From: an uncultured Bacillota bacterium
GTDB taxonomy: Bacteria > Sysuimicrobiota > Sysuimicrobiia > Sysuimicrobiales > Segetimicrobiaceae
Length of the DNA stretch: 64,000 nucleotides
Reading direction: 5' to 3'
NCBI GenBank assembly: GCA_963804645.1
Contig: CAWDRG010000009.1
Location: forward strand, 608,001 to 672,000
Under the pieces are notes generated by a model, which was not told the DNA's origin, did not search any database, and was given only the letters and a program-made list of their open reading frames with translations. Every line of letters begins with the position of its first letter. The stretch's first letter is position 1. Of this stretch, positions 17,568-27,532 are shown piece after piece. Made by a program: the position numbers and the translations under genes.

Positions 17568-18521
17568 GTGGGCGCGTACCTTGCACGGCGGGTGCTCGTG
17601 CTGGTCCCGTTGCTCTTCGGGGTCACGGCGATCACCTTCGCGCTCCTGGTGCTCGCGCCCGGCAACCCCGTCGACTTTCTGATCTCTCCCGAAGAGCGCG
17701 GGTTTACCGACGTCTCGGTGCTGCGCCACCAGCTCGGGCTGGACCGCCCGCTCCCGGTGCAGTACGTGTCGATGATGGCGGAGCTGACGACCGGCCGGCT
17801 GCGCAGCTTCAGCGACCGGCGGCCCACGATCCAGCTGGTCGGGGAGGCCCTGCCGACGACGCTGATCCTCACCGCGACGTCGCTCGCGGCGACCGTCGCG
17901 CTCGCGATCCCGATCGCGGTCGTCTCCGCGGTGCGGCCGTACAGCGGAATCGATCACGCGGCGACGCTGTTCTCGCTGCTCGGCATCTCGCTGCCGACGT
18001 TCTGGCTCGCGCTCGGGCTGATCTACATCTTCACCGAGCGGCTGGGCGTGCTCCCGGCCAGCGGACTCCGTCCCGTCGGCTCCGCGGGGTACGCGCCCGC
18101 GGTGATCTGGCCCTACCTGATCATGCCCACGGTCGTGCAGGCGCTCAGCATCCTCCCCGTGCTGGTCCGGTACGCCCGATCGTCGCTGCTGGACGCGTTC
18201 GGCCAGGACTACGTGCGGGTAGCGCGCAGCAAGGGGCTTGGCGAGCGGGCCGTCCTCGTGCGCCATGTCGGGCGAAACTCGCTGATCCCGGTGCTCACGG
18301 TCGTGGCGCTGCTCCTGCCGTTCCTGCTGAGCGGCTCGGTCGTGGTGGAGACGATCTTCGCCCTCCCGGGGCTGGGGCGGCTCGCCGTGGGCGCCGCGCT
18401 GGCGCGCGACTATCCCACGGTGCTGACGACCACGACGGTCGCCGGGGTGCTCGTGGTCCTGAGCAACCTCGGGGCCGACCTCGGCTACTTCTACCTCGAT
18501 CCCCGGGTCCGGGATGGCTAG
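17568..18521 (+). CDS. ABC transporter permease (OppB/DppB-like)
   Basis: LGLDRPLPVQY, DYVRVARSKGL EAA loop, ETIFALPGLG. Confidence 0.92.
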   Translation: MGAYLARRVLVLVPLLFGVTAITFALLVLAPGNPVDFLISPEERGFTDVSVLRHQLGLDRPLPVQYVSMMAELTTGRLRSFSDRRPTIQLVGEALPTTLILTATSLAATVALAIPIAVVSAVRPYSGIDHAATLFSLLGISLPTFWLALGLIYIFTERLGVLPASGLRPVGSAGYAPAVIWPYLIMPTVVQALSILPVLVRYARSSLLDAFGQDYVRVARSKGLGERAVLVRHVGRNSLIPVLTVVALLLPFLLSGSVVVETIFALPGLGRLAVGAALARDYPTVLTTTTVAGVLVVLSNLGADLGYFYLDPRVRDG

Positions 18522-19407
18522 CCAGCTCGCCGGGCCCGCCGCAGAACGCGGGCGGGGGGCGGTGCCGCGGACGCGGCGCCGCGGAGCGCGTCACCGGTTC
18601 GTCCGCAACCCGCGGGCGATCGCGGGGGCCGCGATCATGGCCGCGTTCGTGGTGGTGGCGATCGCCGCCCCCACCCTCGCGCCGTTCCAGCCGGACGCGC
18701 CCCACCTGCGCGCGATCCTGCACCCGCCGGCGTGGCCGTACCTGCTCGGCACGGACAATTTGGGACGCGACATCCTGAGCCGCGTGCTCGTCGCCTCCCG
18801 CGTCTCGCTCGCGATCGGCGTGCTCTCGATGCTGGTCTCGATCGTCCTCGGGATCCTCGTCGGCGCCTGCGCCGGGTTTTCCGCCGGCGCGGTCGACGCC
18901 GTGCTCATGCGCGTGACCGACGTCGTGCTCGCGGTGCCGGTGTTCTTCCTGGCGGTCGCGTTTCTCGCGCTGTTCGGGCCGAGCGTCCCCGGACTGATTT
19001 GGATCATCGGGCTGACCGCGTGGCCGCCCACCGCCCGGCTGGTGCGGGCCGAGTTCCTGAGCCTGCGCGGGCGGGACTTCGTCACGGCCGCGCGCGCCAC
19101 GGGCGCGTCGGGCGGCCGGATCGTCGTCCGCCATCTCCTGCCGAACGTCGTGGCGGTGATCGTGATCTCCGCGACCCTTCGCGTCGGCCTGGCGATTCTC
19201 ACCGAGGCCGGGCTGAGCTTCCTCGGGCTCGGCGTGCAGCCGCCGCAGCCGAGTTGGGGGAACATCATCGCGGACGGGCGCGAGTACCTTGCGACGGCAT
19301 GGTGGGTGTCGTTGTTTCCCGGGCTGTGCGTGTTCCTCGCGGTGATGGGGTTCAATCTCGTCGGGGACGGCCTGAGGGACGCGTTCGACCCGCGGCTGCA
19401 GGTGTGA
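18514..19407 (+). CDS. ABC transporter permease (OppC/DppC-like)
   Basis: LGTDNLGRDILSR, FVTAARATGA, SFLGLGVQPPQPSWG, GDGLRDAFDP. Confidence 0.92.
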   Translation: MASQLAGPAAERGRGAVPRTRRRGARHRFVRNPRAIAGAAIMAAFVVVAIAAPTLAPFQPDAPHLRAILHPPAWPYLLGTDNLGRDILSRVLVASRVSLAIGVLSMLVSIVLGILVGACAGFSAGAVDAVLMRVTDVVLAVPVFFLAVAFLALFGPSVPGLIWIIGLTAWPPTARLVRAEFLSLRGRDFVTAARATGASGGRIVVRHLLPNVVAVIVISATLRVGLAILTEAGLSFLGLGVQPPQPSWGNIIADGREYLATAWWVSLFPGLCVFLAVMGFNLVGDGLRDAFDPRLQV

Positions 19408-19432
19408 CCGCAACTCGGTGTGGAGGTGTGAG

Positions 19433-20605
19433 ATGGCCCGAATCATACTGCGAGGCGCCGGCGTCTTCGACGGGACGGGACGCCGGCCCGAGCGCCGGAC
19501 AGTCGTGGTCGAGGGGGAGCGCATCGTGGACGTGCTGCCCGACGGCGGGGGGGACGCGGCCGGGGACGCGCGGGTCATCGACCTCGGTGGATGCACCCTG
19601 CTCCCCGGGCTGATCGATCTGCACGTGCACCTCGGATACGGCCCGCGTTCGTTTGCTCCGACCGTGGCGGCGACCGCGCTGCGCGCCGCCCGCAATCTGC
19701 GCGCCACCCAGGCCGCCGGCATCACGACGGTGCGCGACGTCGGCACGCTCGGTGGGATCGCGGCTGCGGCGCGCGACGCGGTGGCGAAGGGCGATATCCC
19801 CGGGTCGCGGGTGGTGCCGTGCGGGCAGATCCTCTGCATGACCGGCGGACACGGCTCCGAGCCCCCGGCGCCGCCCGGTATGGCGCGCGAGGTCGACGGC
19901 CCCGACGACTGCCGCCGCGCGGTGCGGGAGCAGGTGAAGGCGGGCGCCGACTGCATCAAGGTCACGACGAACGGCCCCCTAAACGTCGTCGAGCTGACGC
20001 AGGAGGAGCTCGACGCGATCGTCGACGAGGCCCACCGGCTCGAGCGGCGGGTCGCGTGCCACGCGTCGATCCTGGGATCGAGCCGGATGGCGGTGCGCGC
20101 GGGCGTGGACACGATGGAGCACGGGTCCGATCTGGACGTGGAGACCGCCAAGCAGATGGCCGACCGCGGCATCACGCTGGTGCCGACGCTGCTCGTCATG
20201 AAGAGCATCATGGACCGGTGGGACGAGTACAAGGCGATCCCGATGTTTCGTTCGATCCCCGTGCGGGCGAAGCGCGCGGTCGAGAGCTTTCAGATCGCGC
20301 TCGCCGCGGGGGTCACGATGGGCACGGGGACCGACCTGTTCTTCGGGATGGGGCCGTTCGAGTCGCTGCCCGAGGAGATCGAGTACATGGTGGCGTGCGG
20401 CATGGACGCCGGCGCGGCGCTGGCCGCCGCGACCCACCACGGGGCCGCGGCGCTCGGGATGGCCGACCGCATCGGCACGGTCGCCCGGGGCAAGGTCGCG
20501 GACCTGCTCGCGGTCGGCGGCGATCCGACCGCCGACATCTCGATGCTGCATCGCGTGGCGCTGGTCATGCAGGGCGGTGAGATCGTGAGGGACGCAAGAC
20601 CGTGA
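19433..20605 (+). CDS. Metal-dependent amidohydrolase (prolidase-like subgroup)
   Basis: PGLIDLHVH, TGGHG, GADCIK, ACHA, MEHG, GTD, GKVADL. Confidence 0.9.
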   Translation: MARIILRGAGVFDGTGRRPERRTVVVEGERIVDVLPDGGGDAAGDARVIDLGGCTLLPGLIDLHVHLGYGPRSFAPTVAATALRAARNLRATQAAGITTVRDVGTLGGIAAAARDAVAKGDIPGSRVVPCGQILCMTGGHGSEPPAPPGMAREVDGPDDCRRAVREQVKAGADCIKVTTNGPLNVVELTQEELDAIVDEAHRLERRVACHASILGSSRMAVRAGVDTMEHGSDLDVETAKQMADRGITLVPTLLVMKSIMDRWDEYKAIPMFRSIPVRAKRAVESFQIALAAGVTMGTGTDLFFGMGPFESLPEEIEYMVACGMDAGAALAAATHHGAAALGMADRIGTVARGKVADLLAVGGDPTADISMLHRVALVMQGGEIVRDARP

Positions 20606-20734
20606 CCGCCGGGCAGCGCGTATAGGATGGAAGGAGTCCGGGAAATCGACACGCAACTCCAGCCCTGAGACGGCGGCGGCCGCTCCCGTGGACCTGCTGG
20701 CGGGCGGCGCCCCACGGGGACAAGGAGCCCAGCG

Positions 20735-21229
20735 ATGGCACGCAACACCACGACGCTGCTCGATCACGGTGACGTGTTTCCGGTCGTCCGGCTCTCCTTG
20801 GTGGACGGGGGCACGGTGGTGCTGCCCGCCGAGTTCAGCAGCGGGTGGACGGTGATCTTGGGATACCGCGGCCACTGGTGACCGTACTGCCGTCAGCAGT
20901 TGGCTGACTTCGAGAAGAACATCGGAGAGTTCACGAAGCGCGCAGTGACGATCGTCGGACTCTCGGTCGATCCGCTGGAGGAAGCGCGGAAGACGGTGGA
21001 GCGCGGCCGCCTCACCTTTCCCATCGGCTACGGGGTCGACGGCCCGGCGTTCGCCTCGCAGACCGGCGCGTTCTACGACGCGACGAGGGGTTACCTGCAG
21101 GCGACCGGGTTTCTCCTGGAGCCGGGTGGCGTGGTGGCGCAGGCGGTGTACAGTACCGGTCCGGTGGGCCGGTACGTGGCGGCCGACGTGATCGGCCTGA
21201 TCGACTACTTGTCGAAGAAGCGTCCGTAG
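20735..21229 (+). CDS. Selenocysteine-containing peroxiredoxin-like (AhpC/TSA, redoxin) protein with UxxC motif
   Basis: AAGGAG RBS and ATG at 20735; in-frame TGA at 20879-81 in YRGHW-U-PYCRQQL, at the CxxC position; redoxin-like sequence on both sides of the TGA. Confidence 0.85.
20879..20908 (+). promoter_or_regulatory. Bacterial SECIS-like hairpin
   Basis: UGA, 10 nt, then stem GTCAGC (20892-97) / loop AGTTG / GCTGAC (20903-08). Confidence 0.65.
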
Positions 21230-21292
21230 CGCCGCGTGACCGCTCGGCGGCACGGTCCGGCGTGCGGGCGGTGAGCGAAAGGAGCGTGGCGC

Positions 21293-23362
21293 ATGGCCTC
21301 CGCGCACCAGACCGTCCGGACGATGTGCCCGATGAACTGCCATCCCACGCTCTGCGGGATGCGCGTGGAGGTGAGGGACGGACGCCTCGTCAGCGTGGCT
21401 GGCGATCCAGAGAACCCGGACAGCCGAGGCTTCCTGTGCGTCCGCGGGCGGGCGTCGCGGGAGATCATCGGCAATTCCAAGCGCCTGCTGTTCCCGCTCG
21501 TCCGCGACCGACGAACGGACGGCGCGTGGCGGCGGGTGGACTGGGACGACGCCCTCGAGATGATCGTGGCCCGCATGCGGTCCGTCGGCCGGGAGTCGGT
21601 GGGGTTTTGGCAGGGCCACGGCCACTTCGCCAACAACTACGGGACGCGCATCGCCTCCCAGCTCCTGCGGCGCTTCGCCAACTTCTACGGCTGTCAGTGG
21701 TGGCACCCGGCGATGATCTGCTGGGGTCTCGGCGGCTTCGGCGTTGGGCTCACGGGCCCCATCGAAACCAACACTAAAGAGGACATGGGCGCGCACGCGA
21801 ACCTGATCGTGCTCTGGGGCGCGAACCTGGCCAGCCAGCCGAACACCGGCCGCCCTCTCGCCGCGGCGCGCCGGCGCGGCGCCGGGGTGGTCACGATCGA
21901 CGTCCGCGACACCGAGGCGGCGGCGCACTCGGACGACGCGTTTATCATCCGGCCCGGGACCGACGCGGCCCTCGCGCTTGGGATGATGCACGTGATCGTG
22001 CGCGACGGGCTGTACGACGCCGGGTTCGTGGACGCCCACACCGTCGGCTTCGACCGGCTGGTGGAGCACGTGCGGGGGCATCCTCCGGAGTGGGCCGCGC
22101 GCGAAACCGGGCTCGCGGCCGACCGCATCGTGGCGTTTGCCCGGCGGTACGCCGCCACCCGGCCCGCGATGATCCTGCTCGGCGGCAGCTCGATGCATAA
22201 GGGCGCGAACGGCTGGCAGGGCGCGCGGGCCGTGGCGTGCCTGCCCGCGCTGACCGGAAACCTCGGGGTGCCCGGCGGCGGTCTCGGGCCGCGTCACGGG
22301 AGCGCGAGCCACGGTCAGGCGCTGGCGGATATCACCGAGCCGGCACGGCGGCCGGCGGGGCACTACATCCCGAACCAGATGCCGCGCATCACCGAAGGGC
22401 TGGCCGACGGCCGCGTGCGCGTGCTGTGCCTGTTCGGCACGGACATGCTGTCCTCGTTTGCCGACGCCGAACGGGTGGCGGAAGGCCTCGCCCGCACCGA
22501 TCTCGTCGTCACGCACGACCTCTTCATGAATGACACCGCCCGCCGCTGCGCCGACGTGGTGCTTCCCGCGACGGCCTGGCTCGAAGAAGTGGGCTGCAAG
22601 AGCACCAACACCCACCTGTACCTGATGCCGAAGATCCTCGACGCGCCCGGCGAGGCTCGCTCGTGCACGTGGCTGCTCCGGGACCTGGCGCGCCGGCTGC
22701 CCCTTGTCGATTTCTTCCCGTGGGAGACGGACGAGGGGCCGATCGACGCACTCCTCGACCACCCGGCCACGGGCCGCGCGACCGTGGCGGCGCTGCGGGC
22801 CGAGGGCGGGATGCGCGCGCTGAACATCTCGCACGTGGCCCACCCGGATCGGATCTTTCCCACGCCCTCGCGCAAGGTCGAGTTCTACTCGGCACGCGCG
22901 GAGGCGCTGGGGCTCCCGGCGCTGCCAGTGTACGTGTCCCTGCCGTCGTCCGCGCGCCACCCTTTGTGCTTCCGGCAGGGACGGACGCTGACCCAGTTTC
23001 ACGGGTTCTACGACCACGGCCGGGCGCTGCCCACGCTCGCGCGCCTCGATCCGGAGCCGGTGCTGTGGCTGTCTCCTGCCGACGCGGCGGCGCGGGGCGT
23101 GGCAGACGGCGCCCCGATCCGCATCTTCAACGATCGCGGGGAGTTTCGAGCGCGCGCACACGTCACCGATCGCGTGCCCGCCGGCACCGTGTGGATGCGC
23201 GACGGCTGGACGGGTCTGAACCGGGTCACCTCGGGGGTGTCCACCATCCCCGACGACGCGGTGGACCTCTTCGGCTTCTCCGCCGGCCAGGCCGCCTTCG
23301 ACGCGATGGTAGAGGTGGCGCGCGCGGAGCCGGTCGCGTCCGAGGCGGCGGCGGGATCCTAG
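21293..23362 (+). CDS. Molybdopterin (Mo/W-bis-PGD) oxidoreductase, cytoplasmic
   Basis: CPMNCHPTLCG...FLCVRG 4Fe-4S motif, IRPGTDAALALG, ADVVLPATAWLE, C-terminal molybdopterin dinucleotide domain; no Tat signal. Confidence 0.9.
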   Translation: MASAHQTVRTMCPMNCHPTLCGMRVEVRDGRLVSVAGDPENPDSRGFLCVRGRASREIIGNSKRLLFPLVRDRRTDGAWRRVDWDDALEMIVARMRSVGRESVGFWQGHGHFANNYGTRIASQLLRRFANFYGCQWWHPAMICWGLGGFGVGLTGPIETNTKEDMGAHANLIVLWGANLASQPNTGRPLAAARRRGAGVVTIDVRDTEAAAHSDDAFIIRPGTDAALALGMMHVIVRDGLYDAGFVDAHTVGFDRLVEHVRGHPPEWAARETGLAADRIVAFARRYAATRPAMILLGGSSMHKGANGWQGARAVACLPALTGNLGVPGGGLGPRHGSASHGQALADITEPARRPAGHYIPNQMPRITEGLADGRVRVLCLFGTDMLSSFADAERVAEGLARTDLVVTHDLFMNDTARRCADVVLPATAWLEEVGCKSTNTHLYLMPKILDAPGEARSCTWLLRDLARRLPLVDFFPWETDEGPIDALLDHPATGRATVAALRAEGGMRALNISHVAHPDRIFPTPSRKVEFYSARAEALGLPALPVYVSLPSSARHPLCFRQGRTLTQFHGFYDHGRALPTLARLDPEPVLWLSPADAAARGVADGAPIRIFNDRGEFRARAHVTDRVPAGTVWMRDGWTGLNRVTSGVSTIPDDAVDLFGFSAGQAAFDAMVEVARAEPVASEAAAGS

Positions 23363-23485
23363 CTGGCTCCCGGCCGCGTGTTCCTCAGTCGCGCCGTTGC
23401 CCGTGTCGTCGTGGTGATAACGGAGACGTCGTCGTCATAGAAGACGCCGCCTGAGACCGCCGGATCCGTACGTTTCGGTCGGAAG

Positions 23486-23527
23486 TGTGATGCGTGTCAC
23501 GGTACCGCCTCCGCTCGCGAGTACAAT
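23486..23527 (+). promoter_or_regulatory. CRP/FNR-family binding site plus -10 element
   Basis: TGTGA-N6-TCACG at 23486-23501 and TACAAT at 23522-27. Confidence 0.55.
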
Positions 23528-23585
23528 GAGGACACTGTCTCGTCGGCGTTTCCTGCATTGTGACTCGTGCTAGGGGAGGTCCGGG

Positions 23586-24986
23586 ATGTCGAGGATCCTT
23601 GTCCTAGGCGGCGGTGTCGTGGGCCTGTCCACGGCGATCATGCTGACTCGGCAGGGCCACGACGTGACCGTGTTCGAACGAGACCGCGAGCCGGCTCCCG
23701 GCTCGGCGGAGGAAGCCTGGCACGCGTGGCCACGCCGAGGGGTGGCGCAGTTCCGGCAGCCGCACTATCTGCACGCGGCCGGCCGCCAAATCCTCGACCG
23801 GCACCTCCCGGACGTCAAGGAACGGCTGCTCCGCGCCGGATGTGTCACGTTCGATATCAGCGCGACGATGCCGCCGTGCATTACCGACCGGACGCGGCGG
23901 GAGAGCGACGAACGCTTTGTGACGGTGACCGGCCGGCGCTCCACGATCGAGCACGCGGTCGCACGCGTCGCCGAACGGCTCCTTCCTGTCGCTCGAGGCG
24001 TCTCGATCGTGGGTCTGCTGACGGGGCCGTCGGTGACGAAGGGGATCCCGCACGTGACCGGCGTTCGCACGACGGCCGGCGACACGTTTTCCGCCGACCT
24101 CGTCGTCGACGCGATGGGGCGAGGTTCCAGGCTGCCCGACTGGCTCGAGGCCATCGGAGCTCGCCGTCCAATCGAGGAGGCCGAGGAGTCCGGATTCATC
24201 TACTACACGCGGTTCTTCCGCACCACGACGGGAGGAGTGCCGCCCTGCCGGGCCGGGCTCCTGACGCATTTCCATTCGTTCTCGCTGCTCACGCTTCCGG
24301 GCGACTCGTACACATGGTCGGTGACCGTGTTCACCTTCTCGGGCGACCCGGTGCTGAAGACGCTCCGCGATCCCATGCGTTGGGCGGCTCTCGTTCACGC
24401 ATGTCCGTTACACGCGCACTGGCTCACCGGTGAGCCGATCACCACCGTGCTCCCGATGGGCGGCATCACCGACCGGTATCGTCGCTTCGTCGTGGACGGC
24501 GTGCCGGTCGCGACGGGGGTCGTCAGCGTGGGTGACGCCTGGGCGTGCACGAACCCCCTCGGCGGACGCGGGATCACCATGGGCCTCATGCATGCCGTCG
24601 GCACGGCCGAGGTCGCACGACAGCATCTGGACGACCCGCTGGCGCTCGTGCTCGCACAGGACGCCATGACCGAGGCGCGGGTGACGCCGTGGTACCGAGA
24701 CACGGTTGGATTCGACCGGAGGCGGACCGCCCAGATCAACGCGATCATCCAGGGCCGGCGGGCGTCGCCGCCGACGGATCCCGGGAGCGCACTGTTTGTC
24801 GCCATGCTGTACGATGCCGAGGCGTTCCGAGCCGCCATCGAGATCGCGTCGCTGCTTGCGCTACCGCACGAGGTGATGGCGCGGCCCGGAATGCTCGACC
24901 GTATCACCGACCTCGCCCGCAGTCGCGAGGCGGTCGCTCCTCCCGGTCCATCTCGGGACGAACTGGTCCGGCTGCTGGCATCGTGA
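23586..24986 (+). CDS. FAD-dependent oxidoreductase/monooxygenase
   Basis: VLGGGVVG dinucleotide-binding motif, VVDAMGRGS, VGDAWACTNPLGGRG. Confidence 0.85.
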   Translation: MSRILVLGGGVVGLSTAIMLTRQGHDVTVFERDREPAPGSAEEAWHAWPRRGVAQFRQPHYLHAAGRQILDRHLPDVKERLLRAGCVTFDISATMPPCITDRTRRESDERFVTVTGRRSTIEHAVARVAERLLPVARGVSIVGLLTGPSVTKGIPHVTGVRTTAGDTFSADLVVDAMGRGSRLPDWLEAIGARRPIEEAEESGFIYYTRFFRTTTGGVPPCRAGLLTHFHSFSLLTLPGDSYTWSVTVFTFSGDPVLKTLRDPMRWAALVHACPLHAHWLTGEPITTVLPMGGITDRYRRFVVDGVPVATGVVSVGDAWACTNPLGGRGITMGLMHAVGTAEVARQHLDDPLALVLAQDAMTEARVTPWYRDTVGFDRRRTAQINAIIQGRRASPPTDPGSALFVAMLYDAEAFRAAIEIASLLALPHEVMARPGMLDRITDLARSREAVAPPGPSRDELVRLLAS

Positions 24987-25052
24987 AGAGCAGGCTTACC
25001 GTCGTGCGGGGATCCCCGACGAGGACGTCACCACGCTCCCGACCGGGACCAC

Positions 25053-26246
25053 TTAGTACAGCAGGTGAGACTGTACTCGCGAGGACCACCCCTGCGGGTT
25101 CGTCCACTCCGCGATCCGATCCGCGACATCATCCGGACCGCGCTCGAGGATGGGCCGTATATCGCGCCGTCCGATCAGGCGGTCGAAGTGGTTCGCCCCC
25201 GTCACGTTCGCGGCGGTCGGATAGGCCGCCCACCGGCACTCCTGAGGGTACAGCGCCCAGACCAGCGCCATGAGACGGAGTCCGGTCGCGACCGGACGGA
25301 ACGCCTCTTCGTCCGTGACGTGGAGCATCACGCCCGAACAGCTCTGCCCGGCGTGCCGGCCGGCGCACGGCGTGAAGCGCGCGGGTCTCGCCGCAACCCC
25401 GGGAAGCCGGCACGCGGTGAACGCGTCCCACAGCGCCGTTCCGTTCATCCACGGCGCGCCGACGATGCGAAACGGCACGCCCGTCCCGCGGCCTTCGCTG
25501 ACCGAGAGCCCCTCGAACAGTCCCGTGCCCGGATACAGCTGCGCGGTCTCGTACGACGGCAACGCGGGCGAGGTCGGGACGAACGGCAGGCCGAGCGACG
25601 GCCACCGCGGACGCCCCTCCCACCCCTGCATCCGCACCACGGTGATCTCGGCGCCGATCCGACGCTCGGCGTTCCACAGCGTCGCGAGCTCGCCGGCCGT
25701 CAGCCCGTGGCGCACCGGGATGGACCACCGGCCGACGAGGCCCGGGGGAAGCGTCTCGTCGTAGAGCGGGCCCTCCGCGGCCGATAGGTCGCCGCCGAGG
25801 GGGTTCGGACGGTCGAGGATCCAGAGCGGCATCCGCGATTCCGCGCAGGCTTCGAGCACGTGCGACAGGGTCCAGATGTAGGTGTAAAAGCGCGTGCCCA
25901 CGTCGGGGAGGTCGAACAACAGCGCGTCGAGGCCGGCGAGCGCATCCGGCGCCGGCCGAAACCCGGTTCCGTACAGACTGCGCACCGGCAGGCCCGTGAG
26001 CCCGTCCGTGGTATCGTCGACGGCGGCGCCGTCCGGCGCCGCCGCCTCCAGCCCGTGCTCGGGCGAGAACAGCGTGACGACCTGGACGCCGGCGTCGAGG
26101 AGGGCCCGCCGCGCCGGCACGAGGGGCCGCGGAGCGCAGGCCGTGGCGGCCGCGTCATTCGTGATCAGCCCGACGCGGAGTGAGCGCGCCCGAGGAAACT
26201 CGGCGAGGAGATCGACGCCGAACCGCACTTCATGCCGACGCGTCAT
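25053..26246 (-). CDS. namZ: Exo-beta-N-acetylmuramidase NamZ family (DUF1343/YbbC)
   Basis: GLITN, LFSPEHG, DVGTRFYTYIWT, LDRPNPLGG, RHGLTAGELA, SEGRGT. Confidence 0.85.
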   Translation of the reverse strand: MTRRHEVRFGVDLLAEFPRARSLRVGLITNDAAATACAPRPLVPARRALLDAGVQVVTLFSPEHGLEAAAPDGAAVDDTTDGLTGLPVRSLYGTGFRPAPDALAGLDALLFDLPDVGTRFYTYIWTLSHVLEACAESRMPLWILDRPNPLGGDLSAAEGPLYDETLPPGLVGRWSIPVRHGLTAGELATLWNAERRIGAEITVVRMQGWEGRPRWPSLGLPFVPTSPALPSYETAQLYPGTGLFEGLSVSEGRGTGVPFRIVGAPWMNGTALWDAFTACRLPGVAARPARFTPCAGRHAGQSCSGVMLHVTDEEAFRPVATGLRLMALVWALYPQECRWAAYPTAANVTGANHFDRLIGRRDIRPILERGPDDVADRIAEWTNPQGWSSRVQSHLLY

Positions 26247-26343
26247 GAGTCCCGCTCAACGGTGCCTCGTCACTCTCCGCGGCGTGAGCGCACGGGCGCC
26301 GCGTGTCATCCGGCGCGCTTGAGCGTACCGCGCCGGTCCGGAG

Positions 26344-27513
26344 TTAGGAGGCCACCCGGAACAGCACGCCGAGCGCGTAGGTCGCCCCGCCCACGATCGC
26401 GCCCGCGACGGTCATCTCCAGCCCCGACGACCACCAGCTGCGCAGGGTGAACAGCGATTTCGCCGCGCCGACGAGAAAATGCGCGATGAGCGAAACGCCT
26501 GCGGCCCACAGGACCGCCGGGGTGCCGCTGAGCCAGAAGAACGGCAGCACCGGGACGAACGCCCCCACCCCGGTGCTGACGCCCGCGGCAAGCGCGGCCT
26601 GCCACGGATTGCCGCCCCCGCCCGTGCCGCCCATCTCCTCGGCGACGAGCGTCTGCAGCATCGCCTCCGGGTTCTGGCTGAAGTGCTCGGCCAGCTCGTC
26701 GGCTTCTTGCTTGGACAGACCCTTGAGTTGATAAAACAGCGACAGCTCTTCCTTTTCCTCTTCCGGATTCTGCTCGATCTCCCGGCGCTCGCCCGCGACG
26801 TTGGCGGCCGCGACCTCGGAGGCCGACCGCTCGGCGAGGAACGCGCCGACCGACATCGAGAGCGCCGACGCGATCGCGCCCGCGAGCCCTGCCGTGAGCA
26901 CGAAGCTCGAGCCGTTGGTCGCGCCGGACACGCCGGCGACGATGCCGAACACCGCGCCGAGCCCGTCGTTCGCGCCGTACACCGCGCCGGAGATCCAGCT
27001 CGAGCCGCTCTGGTGCCACGTCTCCCGGCCGAGGATGCGGCGCAGGCGTCCCTCCGGGGACTCGCCCGTCGCGGGGGCGCCCGGTCCCCGCAGCTCTTCG
27101 TCGGCCCGCGCGTGGGAGCGCTCCTCCGTCCGCAGCTCGGCCAGCAGGGTGTCCGTGTCGGCGTCGCCCGTCGGAGATCCGTAGACGCCTTCGACCTCGC
27201 TCTCCTCCAGCGATTCCCGCCACGCCAGCACCTTCTCGACCGGCGCCAGCGCGATCTGGAGGCGCGTCCAGAACGGCAGGCGGATCGAGCGGGCGTCCGG
27301 AATCTGCGCGCCCAGTTCGCGCAGCCGCGCCTCCAGCCGCTGCCGGTGCGACGCCTCCCCCTCGGCCATGCGCCGGATGATCGCCGCCCGCTTGGGATCG
27401 CGCTCCCGCTCCGCGAGCGCCTCGTAGGCCATCCGCGCCTGAATCTCGCCGCGCCACGCCGCGAGCAGGCGTGCGACGGCGTCCTGCGTGGGCGGGGCCT
27501 GGGGCGTGGTCAT
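26344..27513 (-). CDS. Rubrerythrin/ferritin-like + VIT1/CCC1 fusion (MbfA-like iron exporter)
   Basis: ExxH motifs (EASH, ERSH) in the N-domain; VYGANDGL, ALSMSVGAFLA, EKEEL in the VIT1 domain. Confidence 0.85.
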   Translation of the reverse strand: MTTPQAPPTQDAVARLLAAWRGEIQARMAYEALAERERDPKRAAIIRRMAEGEASHRQRLEARLRELGAQIPDARSIRLPFWTRLQIALAPVEKVLAWRESLEESEVEGVYGSPTGDADTDTLLAELRTEERSHARADEELRGPGAPATGESPEGRLRRILGRETWHQSGSSWISGAVYGANDGLGAVFGIVAGVSGATNGSSFVLTAGLAGAIASALSMSVGAFLAERSASEVAAANVAGERREIEQNPEEEKEELSLFYQLKGLSKQEADELAEHFSQNPEAMLQTLVAEEMGGTGGGGNPWQAALAAGVSTGVGAFVPVLPFFWLSGTPAVLWAAGVSLIAHFLVGAAKSLFTLRSWWSSGLEMTVAGAIVGGATYALGVLFRVAS

Positions 27514-27532
27514 CGGCGCGGCATGCGGACCG

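Noticed and set aside
21293..23362. Molybdoenzyme as a second selenoprotein or formate dehydrogenase
   Set aside because: It has no in-frame TGA, and the ligand region (ICWG) lacks the FDH (C/U)H motif.
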